From a virus (lineage: Duplodnaviria > Caudoviricetes), in IMG/VR virus record IMGVR_UViG_3300043117_000120, positions 1-47,741 of that record: a DNA stretch of 47,741 nucleotides; one strand, 5' to 3'. The notes beneath the pieces are model-generated. The model made no database searches. It had not been told where the DNA came from and saw only the letters and a list, made by a program, of their open reading frames with translations. The first letter of the stretch is position 1, and every line of letters starts with the position of its first letter. The translations under genes and the position numbers were made by a program. This document shows positions 29,236-36,338 of this stretch, in pieces.

Positions 29236-29590
29236 CCCGGTGGATACCGCCCATACGACCTATGATCTCCCTGAAATCATCCTGACGGCTTCCCTTTTTG
29301 ATACGCTGCGTACCAGCCTTGACCTCTTCAGCGGTGAACACGGCTACGGATTGCCCCACCATATCGGGTGTGATAATAACCTCTGTCCACCCGGTAAGGT
29401 CAGGCCATCCCACAGGCGCACCGTGAAATGGACGGGGATTTTCAAGTATAATCATTCTTGGCGTGCGCTTAACCACCGTGCCCGCCCATCCCATACCAGC
29501 ATTTATACGAAACAGGCGTTCATTACCGGCAAGGTTAAGAAGCCTCGTATTTATTATGTCACGTTCAGGCCCGGCCATAACAATGTCCAC
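29219..29590 (-). CDS. VRR-NUC / PD-(D/E)XK nuclease
   Basis: RLFRINAG, GWPDLTG, FTAEEVK, QDDF...GG. Confidence 0.8.
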   Translation of the reverse strand: MDIVMAGPERDIINTRLLNLAGNERLFRINAGMGWAGTVVKRTPRMIILENPRPFHGAPVGWPDLTGWTEVIITPDMVGQSVAVFTAEEVKAGTQRIKKGSRQDDFREIIGRMGGIHRVINKV

Positions 29591-29735
29591 AGTGGGGGCA
29601 GTGCCCGTCTATGAGATCATCAACATCTATCTCTATATCACACCCCCTACACTGCCACGGTTCACACGGCCAGGGGCCACGGCTGAGGGTGCATTCACCG
29701 TGCCTGTTCTCATGCCTGCAATTTCTATAGCACAT
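29565..29735 (-). CDS. 56-aa Cys-rich zinc-binding protein, probably leaderless
   Basis: Hand-translated MCYRNC...CRGC...CPHCGHC; TTGCAT-N16-TATACT ends 6 nt before the ATG. Confidence 0.5.
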   Translation of the reverse strand: MCYRNCRHENRHGECTLSRGPWPCEPWQCRGCDIEIDVDDLIDGHCPHCGHCYGRA

Positions 29736-29787
29736 GACAGCAGTATAAAAAAAGTTTCAAAAAATGCAATAAAAAAACGTATTCTAC

Positions 29788-29817
29788 TTGACATTACAGT
29801 GTATTGATATATATTGT
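29788..29817 (+). promoter_or_regulatory. Sigma70-like promoter P3
   Basis: TTGACATTACAGTGTATTGATATATATTGT; heads the 29844-33821 operon. Confidence 0.75.
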
Positions 29818-29843
29818 ATATATACTGATTACGGGGGTGTATC

Positions 29844-30074
29844 ATGAAAAAATATATTGAAAACTTGGCAGTCTCGAAATTTTTTGATCAGTCAAACGAA
29901 GAGCTTGTGAAAAATGATGTGATCGACTACATAAGGCAATTAAAAATAAATGCTTCACCATACGAAAGACTACATGCCGCAATAAGCGCATGTGATAGGC
30001 TTGACGATAAAATAGATTTTAAAGAAATGGGATTTGAAAATTTTAGACAAGCCGCAAATTCATTATTTTATTAA
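29844..30074 (+). CDS. Hypothetical early protein
   Basis: GGGGGTG RBS; first gene after P3. Confidence 0.7.
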   Translation: MKKYIENLAVSKFFDQSNEELVKNDVIDYIRQLKINASPYERLHAAISACDRLDDKIDFKEMGFENFRQAANSLFY

Positions 30075-30085
30075 AGGGGTGTATC

Positions 30086-30626
30086 ATGAAAAAGATTAAA
30101 CTGGAAGAATTGAAAAACTTGGCGAGGGTTATCGCTGAAGCTAAGATCAAACAAGACGGCGTGTATTACTGCGTTATCGGCGGCCAAAAGGTCGAGGTGA
30201 CAGCATAATGCCACAGATAGCGTTCACATGCACAAAACAACAGATCGAGGACGGCACCTACAGCATTGACGACCTAAAACATTTTACACTTAATTCAGGT
30301 GTAACAGTAATAATTAAAAGGTATGCAATCATTCAAAATGGCAAGATTAATTATTTTCACTAAATACATATGCACGAATTGCGGGGTCGAGGTCAATGTT
30401 CATTCAGACTGCGGCTCCGTGGTGAAACGGTGCTACAAGTGCGGGGGTGCACTCCATGAGAAAAAAGGCAATAGTTGAAATTGAAATTGACGGGAAGGTG
30501 CAGTATATTGATGTCGACATAACCGGTATAACGATACTCAGCGCCATGATCAAAATTGGTTTTATGCTGCAAGAGATGAAAGTTGTTAAGTTGCTTAATA
30601 TTACATTTTGTGAGGAATCTATATGA
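30086..30626 (+). other. Four coupled small ORFs: 30086-30208, 30208-30363, 30338-30478 (zinc ribbon) and 30456-30626
   Basis: Hand-translated, with TAATG and other short overlaps; the third has CTNC...CYKC. Confidence 0.55.
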
Positions 30627-30868
30627 TAAAATACGACGTAAAGAAATACGAAACACGGTTGCACAGGATAAGGCGTGAAGAAGTATCTCGAAGCAGATAT
30701 ATTTATATCATCAAATCAGACATGATAAGCCAAAACGATAAAGACCTTGTTTCGCTGCCATTCACGATGAATATAATTGTCAACAACAATAACACAGCAC
30801 GTGAGTTTACAAGCAAAATGCGCGACTATCAATTAAAAGCAGTGGAGCGTTTTCATGAAAAAATATGA
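30623..30868 (+). CDS. Hypothetical protein, N-terminus paralogous to 30855..31088
   Basis: MIKYDVKKYETRLHRIRREE. Confidence 0.7.
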   Translation: MIKYDVKKYETRLHRIRREEVSRSRYIYIIKSDMISQNDKDLVSLPFTMNIIVNNNNTAREFTSKMRDYQLKAVERFHEKI

Positions 30869-31088
30869 CATATCAAAATACGAAACACGCCTGCATCACA
30901 TCCGGCGTGAAGAACTCAGGCAGAAACGGTACGATAATTTCATAACTGCACTTTTTGAACCAATTACGCGATCTATCGACGTACCGATAAAAATAATCAC
31001 ATTTAAAAGAGGTAAACATTATGATCATGAAAAGATTAACCATTCTACTGATTGCTATTGCTATACTCTCAGTCGCAGCGTGTTCTAA
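30855..31088 (+). CDS. Hypothetical protein, N-terminus paralogous to 30623..30868
   Basis: MKKYDISKYETRLHHIRREE. Confidence 0.65.
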   Translation: MKKYDISKYETRLHHIRREELRQKRYDNFITALFEPITRSIDVPIKIITFKRGKHYDHEKINHSTDCYCYTLSRSVF

Positions 31089-32172
31089 CGAGGGCGACGT
31101 TGACGTAACAGATCCGACACCGCCGCCGGTTGTTCAGCCTGACCCGCCGCCTGAAGCTGGCCCGGTGGTGCTTGCGCTTAAATCAGGCGATCACCTCAGG
31201 CTATTTGACGGCACCAACGTATGGGTATGGCAGTACGGAGACGTTAAACGTGCCCGAAACAGGGTATATTCATCTGACACGGTACTGTATGCCCTGGACG
31301 ATATGGGCAGCACCTACAGCTCTAAAAACATCGTCACCGTGCCCGACAAGATCGGTATAACCGACGCGCCGGTCAGTGGCATGTCAATGTTTTCTGCTAT
31401 GTCCACCACGATTGATTTGTCGGAAACTGAGACGTGGATAGTAGAGGACATCACGCCGGAAGAGGCCCAGGGGTTGGGTATGCCATATCAGGCATATACT
31501 AAGGTATACCACAACGCTGATGAATACGGGACGTGGCAGGACAGGGACTGGTATGCTGAAAAGCTCGTTACCCTTGATCAGGACGTATATGCCCGTATCG
31601 GTACCGGGGCCTGGTATCACGTAAATGGCACCCGTGACAATGTGCGGGTAGTGGTAGAGGATGGATTCGCCGTCTACAGCTATGACAGCACCAACCGGGA
31701 AGCGGTGATTGACGGCGTGTCCGTATCCTGGAGTACCAACTTTTTCAACGGTGCAAATGAGTGGCAACTGTCAGGCGGGGTATGGTATAGTCAAAACGGC
31801 TACTCATGGGACGGCGTTACCCTTACGGAGGATAACCTGTGCATGTCAGATTTTAGAGATGTGCAAAACCTTATCATAGCCGCCGGTACACGGTATGAGA
31901 ACGGTGAAGATGTGCTGTACTGGATTAACTGCGCTACCGGATACGTTATACGGCATGTCCCAAGTGCTGACGGCTGCATTGAGTATGTCCGTCTGTACAT
32001 CGGTGACGGCGAGACACTCACCGGTATGTACTACAAGGAAATACTTAAACCTGTGATAGCTGATGATTACCTGTATTTCATATATGACGATAACCAGACC
32101 TACCGGTATAGCTTCATCACGGGGCTGGTTGGAGTATTCGCATCAGGGGTAGAAGAGATTTGGACGTACTGA
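31021..32172 (+). CDS. Lipoprotein with Pro-rich linker and aromatic beta-rich body
   Basis: MKRLTILLIAIAILSVAAC lipobox; DPTPPPVVQPDPPPE linker. Confidence 0.8.
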   Translation: MIMKRLTILLIAIAILSVAACSNEGDVDVTDPTPPPVVQPDPPPEAGPVVLALKSGDHLRLFDGTNVWVWQYGDVKRARNRVYSSDTVLYALDDMGSTYSSKNIVTVPDKIGITDAPVSGMSMFSAMSTTIDLSETETWIVEDITPEEAQGLGMPYQAYTKVYHNADEYGTWQDRDWYAEKLVTLDQDVYARIGTGAWYHVNGTRDNVRVVVEDGFAVYSYDSTNREAVIDGVSVSWSTNFFNGANEWQLSGGVWYSQNGYSWDGVTLTEDNLCMSDFRDVQNLIIAAGTRYENGEDVLYWINCATGYVIRHVPSADGCIEYVRLYIGDGETLTGMYYKEILKPVIADDYLYFIYDDNQTYRYSFITGLVGVFASGVEEIWTY

Positions 32173-32366
32173 CACGGCAGACGAGGCGAGGCGGGGCATG
32201 GCTTGGCTCGGACTGGCTCGGCAACACATGACACGGCAGGCAAGTCCCGGACAGGCCGGGCGAGGACTGGAAAGGCATGGCAAGGACAGGCGACACAAGG
32301 CAGACGGGGCACGGCATGGCAAGGCCTGGAATGGCAAGGCCGGGCTACACACGGCAGGAACGGATT
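32171..32366 (+). ncRNA. Pentamer array 1: (GGC/GGA)NN units in three blocks; candidate guide RNA precursor
   Basis: Strict 5-nt period; blocks of 9, 11 and 9 units separated by CAC-containing units plus GGCA. Confidence 0.8.
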
Positions 32367-32396
32367 TACAATAAAACAATAGAAGGGGTATAAGAC

Positions 32397-33170
32397 ATGG
32401 CAACAAAAAAGACGGAAACTGAAATCAGTGTACTGGAAATCGGTACGCAAAAGGTCGATTATTGCATTATAGGGCAAACTCCTATTATCCTTAATCGAAT
32501 GACCGAAAAGGTGAAGAACGAGCTGCTTTTACCAAAGGGTCGAAAGACATCTGCTGAAAAAGCATCTTCACTCAAACATGATCCTGTCATGGAGTTTAGA
32601 GACTCACCCTACAGGCTCCATGATGAAAACGAACCGACACTGCTTGCCCATCTTGCAACGGCATTTAAAAGGGCAATCGCTAACACGGCGGTAGATATTC
32701 CCGGTGCCAAAAAAGCGCAAATGGGACGGCTGATGTGGGTAGAGGGTGAGAAAATACCACTGTACGGTATTCCTAAAATGCACATGTCGGTGACACGATC
32801 GGCAGATATGAACAAGACACCTGACGTAAGGACACGCTGTATTATACCGGAATGGGCGGCCAGAATAACCGTTACCTTTACGGTGCCACTTCTCAAAGAA
32901 CCAGTAGTCTCTAACCTTTTGGCTGCTGCTGGACAGATACAGGGTGTCGGCGATTGGCGACCTGAAAAAGGCTCCGGCACGTTTGGGCAGTTCAGGCTTG
33001 TATCACCTGATGATCCCGACTTTAAAAGGATTGTCAAAGAGGGCGGCCGCAAGGCTCAGGAAAAAGCCATAAAGGACGCTGAGGCTTATGATCCTGACAC
33101 GGAAGAGCTTTTCGCATGGTTCGTCAGTGAAGCAAAACAGCGCGGATATAAAATAACGGAGGTCGGTTAA
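32397..33170 (+). CDS. RAMP/Cas7-like RNA-binding protein; candidate effector of the pentamer arrays
   Basis: IIGQTPIILN first strand, ATAFKRAI helix, G-rich loop GQIQGVGDWRPEKGSGTFGQF; flanked by both arrays. Confidence 0.75.
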   Translation: MATKKTETEISVLEIGTQKVDYCIIGQTPIILNRMTEKVKNELLLPKGRKTSAEKASSLKHDPVMEFRDSPYRLHDENEPTLLAHLATAFKRAIANTAVDIPGAKKAQMGRLMWVEGEKIPLYGIPKMHMSVTRSADMNKTPDVRTRCIIPEWAARITVTFTVPLLKEPVVSNLLAAAGQIQGVGDWRPEKGSGTFGQFRLVSPDDPDFKRIVKEGGRKAQEKAIKDAEAYDPDTEELFAWFVSEAKQRGYKITEVG

Positions 33171-33634
33171 TGAAGGATGCTATTGAGAAAAGAATCAACG
33201 ATCTGTACAAGAAACACGGGACTATAACGGCTGATATTGTTATAGAGGATGCGAAAAAGCCGGAAAGCCCGTTGCATGATGAGTTTGAATGGGACGTGAA
33301 AAAGGCGGCAATGACAGCGTGGCGGGAAACTGCCCGCCGTCTTATCAGGTCAGTTACAATTCACACCGTTGTTGAAAGTCACAGCATTGCAGTTCCACGA
33401 TACGTACACGCTCCAAAAAATTACAGTGAGCAGTCATACACCGATACAAGAGAGGTTAAGACTGACAGGGAAAGGGCGGCTGATTTAATGCGATATGAAA
33501 TTCAGCGGCTTGAATCCATAGCTACAAGGGTGCGCGGTATCGCCTCGGTGCTTGGCATGGAAAAAGAGATAATCACTATCACAAAGACGGTTGACACGAT
33601 GAAGAAGAAAATGAAGCCAGCAGTCAGGGTTTGA
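33170..33634 (+). CDS. Partner protein of the RAMP-like gene
   Basis: TAATG coupling; SPLHDEFEWD...AA...R..ARRLIRSV motif. Confidence 0.75.
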   Translation: MKDAIEKRINDLYKKHGTITADIVIEDAKKPESPLHDEFEWDVKKAAMTAWRETARRLIRSVTIHTVVESHSIAVPRYVHAPKNYSEQSYTDTREVKTDRERAADLMRYEIQRLESIATRVRGIASVLGMEKEIITITKTVDTMKKKMKPAVRV

Positions 33635-33642
33635 TTTTACAA

Positions 33643-33790
33643 GACACGGCAGGCATGGCCCGGCACGGCGTGGATAGGCACGGCGCGGCGCGGATTGGCC
33701 AGGCCGGGCGACACGTGGCTACACAAGGCAGGCGGGGCCGGGCGTGGCTCGGCACGGCGTGGATAGGCATGGCGAGGATCGGCAAACACA
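33643..33790 (+). ncRNA. Pentamer array 2: two blocks of (GGC/GGA)NN units
   Basis: Blocks of 12 and 11 units with the same GACACGGCA leader and CACAAGGCA punctuation as array 1. Confidence 0.8.
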
Positions 33791-33791
33791 A

Positions 33792-33821
33792 AAAAAACGG
33801 GGCCCATCAGCCCCGTTTTTT
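33792..33821. terminator. Bidirectional intrinsic terminator
   Basis: AAAAAACGGGGC-CCATCA-GCCCCGTTTTTT between convergent operons. Confidence 0.85.
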
Positions 33822-34646
33822 CTACCCATACAGCGCCGTAATCTCAGCAACTTTGTCATTATAATACGCCTGAGCCGTGGCAAGTGCTGATTTATCACCC
33901 TGAATCTCAAGACGTGATTTCATAAGGGCGGCATCCTGTGCGGCACCTTCGATAAGGTTATTCTTTTCAGCGCTGCGGTCAACTGCTTTCAAAGCTGCTA
34001 TTCTTTCCCGGTTTAATTGATCTGTTATTTCTGCACGCTGGGCAGGGGTCAGGTTCTCATCTTTTATGGCACCGGCTGCTGGTACTATTCCAAGTTTGCT
34101 TATCTCTGATTTATTCCAGGTATCACCTGACTTTTTCCAGTACACCTGTCCCCGGTAATCGTCTATTTTTTCCATGGTGCGGGTGAGCACTTTACCGGTA
34201 TCGACTGCATTGTTCATTTCCTGCCTGATAACGGGAGCGTCGCCATCTTCAACGAGTACTTCACCGGGTGGTAGGTTGAAGTAGACGGCATGTTTCAGGG
34301 TAAGTTCCTTCCATTCTTTTTTAATCTCAGCCGCAAGTGGTTTGAGTTCATCCTGTAAATCCTTCATCTGCTGCAGGCGTGCCTTGTGTTCATCCCAGAA
34401 TGCACGAGCCTTTTCTTTCTGACCTCTTTTCTCGGAATCCTTGTAATTTTTTTTCGCCTGCAATGCCTGATATGCGTAGGTACTCATCTGATTTTTGACG
34501 TCATGTATGGATTTAGCTACATCGGTTTTCTCGATCTCGACCTCTACCACCTTGCGGGTGGCTACCGGGTCAATAAATCCGTCGGCTCTCTGCAGCGAGG
34601 TGATTACCTCGTATCCGTCTATATTTTTTATTCTGATAGTGTGCAT
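33822..34646 (-). CDS. Hypothetical protein, possible tail fibre assembly factor
   Basis: Last gene of the tail operon; AAGGAGG RBS; coiled-coil character. Confidence 0.6.
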   Translation of the reverse strand: MHTIRIKNIDGYEVITSLQRADGFIDPVATRKVVEVEIEKTDVAKSIHDVKNQMSTYAYQALQAKKNYKDSEKRGQKEKARAFWDEHKARLQQMKDLQDELKPLAAEIKKEWKELTLKHAVYFNLPPGEVLVEDGDAPVIRQEMNNAVDTGKVLTRTMEKIDDYRGQVYWKKSGDTWNKSEISKLGIVPAAGAIKDENLTPAQRAEITDQLNRERIAALKAVDRSAEKNNLIEGAAQDAALMKSRLEIQGDKSALATAQAYYNDKVAEITALYG

Positions 34647-34655
34647 ATATCCTCC

Positions 34656-35465
34656 TTAATATGTTATTCCAAAATTTGTACCGATTGAACTGTCACGGGT
34701 GTTTGCGCCGGTGCGGGGTGTGCCGTTTGTGCCGTCGGTGACTGGATCGGTGACCAAATCAGTATTTGTTGTTACCGCTCCATTGTAACCCATGTTACCA
34801 GATGATGCCCCGGCATCAGCAACATTTGCAATCATGGCAGCACCTGACAGACCTGTATTACCTGTAGACCCAACTGGTAAATTGCTGTAATGACCCTGAA
34901 ACTGATCCTCCTGAACCTCGCCGAGTTCAACCGGTCCTGTTTTTGTGCGACCTGAAATTGTGGCATCCCCGATATTTTTGAGCGAGAGGCCGCGAGTGTC
35001 AGGCAGTACAAAATATGCACCGGCGGTATCTCGGGTGGTACCTCCGGCGTCACTGGTTTTATAGAATGCTGCCGCCGTAGCGTTATCTGGGTCGCCGACA
35101 TAACATGCCGCTACGAGTTCGGGATATCCTGATATGGCAATGACCTGCCCCTGGAGTAGTAGTACCCTGTCACCATTAGCCGCTGGTGTCCCATTTTTCC
35201 AGTAGATAACGCCCATACCTGGGCCGACACCAAAGCCTTTGCTTATGGCCTCGATTATCTGAGCGGTTCCGGGCTCCTCCTGCACGCCATCAGGGGTAAG
35301 TCCTGCTCTGTCCATGAGGGCTTGTGCGCGTCCCCATATGTCATTGACCATAAGAGCCACAAACTCGGTGCCATCGCCGGCTCCCGGAGCTGATACGTTG
35401 ACCGCCTTGGTATCGGGAAATGCAACGCCGTCTGTATTGGTAAAGCCTGTTAAATAATCTATCAT
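34656..35465 (-). CDS. Tail fibre / collar-domain protein
   Basis: YPELVAAC, FVLPDTRG, QEDQFQGH, GTPRTGANTR. Confidence 0.8.
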   Translation of the reverse strand: MIDYLTGFTNTDGVAFPDTKAVNVSAPGAGDGTEFVALMVNDIWGRAQALMDRAGLTPDGVQEEPGTAQIIEAISKGFGVGPGMGVIYWKNGTPAANGDRVLLLQGQVIAISGYPELVAACYVGDPDNATAAAFYKTSDAGGTTRDTAGAYFVLPDTRGLSLKNIGDATISGRTKTGPVELGEVQEDQFQGHYSNLPVGSTGNTGLSGAAMIANVADAGASSGNMGYNGAVTTNTDLVTDPVTDGTNGTPRTGANTRDSSIGTNFGITY

Positions 35466-35534
35466 TATAAACCTCTCGCTATCATGATAATAATAAAAAT
35501 AATTGCAATTATCGCAACCTTAATTTCAATATAC

Positions 35535-36338
35535 TTATCCATACGTCACCACCAGCGCTGCCCAGGACGCCATGGGTTTATACCTGAGTATAATCCGTCT
35601 AAACTCCAACCTGCGCTCGATGGGAACATCTGCAAGCTCTATCGCGGTCAACTCACCCGTCACGGGGTCGCGGGTGGCATCACCTCCAACAAAGAATATC
35701 AAGGGCCAATACCCGCCATCGGTTGGGATATCGTAAAGTATCGGTACAAGCTGTATACTGTCAAAACTACCTGCAAGGGCGTCTGGTTCACCGCACGCTG
35801 CCAGTGGCTCTCCACACAATACGGTATAATTTGGCAACTGCTCAAAAAATTCACCGTTTACGAGCAGCTCACCACCCGTCCGTGCGCATTGTGCCTCGGG
35901 TTCACCCGCCTGTGCATCGTTGCCGCCGGGAAGTAGTCCACCTGCGGTCATCTGGAAATTTTCATCTAAGAAGTTAGCGGGGTCAACTGCAGGGCTGTTT
36001 ACATGCACCTGCACGTCAAAGCCTGCCTCTACGAGCTTATCCTCAAGCAGGTCATAGGTCGGTATCTCTCCACGCCTGAACATGACCGGTTTGAGCCGTG
36101 ACCTGCGCTCTGCCTCTGTCGAACCAGTTGAAGGTATAACCGCGTATTCTTTCTCAAGGTCTGACAGAATAGGTGTTCTGAGTGGGTCACGCAAATACCG
36201 CAGCTTCTCCATGTCAAGTCTGACAACTTCGCTGTTTTCAGCGATACCCTCAAGAAGGTTGTCGTAATCGTCACCTGTTGCCGGTTGCCAGAATGCACCT
36301 TCGGGCCAGAGCGCATTTAGTACGTCGCGACTAAGCAT
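35535..36338 (-). CDS. Baseplate protein, Mu gp48 / YmfQ-like
   Basis: LNALWPEGAFW, LSDLEKEY, ILRYKP; follows the baseplate J-like gene. Confidence 0.75.
   Translation of the reverse strand: MLSRDVLNALWPEGAFWQPATGDDYDNLLEGIAENSEVVRLDMEKLRYLRDPLRTPILSDLEKEYAVIPSTGSTEAERRSRLKPVMFRRGEIPTYDLLEDKLVEAGFDVQVHVNSPAVDPANFLDENFQMTAGGLLPGGNDAQAGEPEAQCARTGGELLVNGEFFEQLPNYTVLCGEPLAACGEPDALAGSFDSIQLVPILYDIPTDGGYWPLIFFVGGDATRDPVTGELTAIELADVPIERRLEFRRIILRYKPMASWAALVVTYG

Noticed and set aside
32100-32477. Minus-strand ORFs rich in P/C/R/A (32100..32477, 32117..32317, 32143..32406)
   Set aside because: Products of the stop-free pentamer array 1; low complexity and antisense to the operon
10161-33162. Recurrent ATAAC(C)GGAGG before several genes
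   Set aside because: Adequately explained as a Shine-Dalgarno sequence with an A-rich enhancer
32171-33790. Canonical CRISPR array or simple microsatellite
   Set aside because: No 25-45 bp repeats with unique spacers; variation is confined to two of five positions and is punctuated, unlike slippage decay
33631-33910. ORFs 33631..33864 (+) and 33719..33910 (-), with GMARHG-type repeats
   Set aside because: Translations of array 2 that run through the terminator; a 5-nt period does not fit codon-level selection
33822-35465. Diversity-generating retroelement or invertible tail fibre cassette
   Set aside because: No reverse transcriptase, invertase, or template/variable repeat pair was seen
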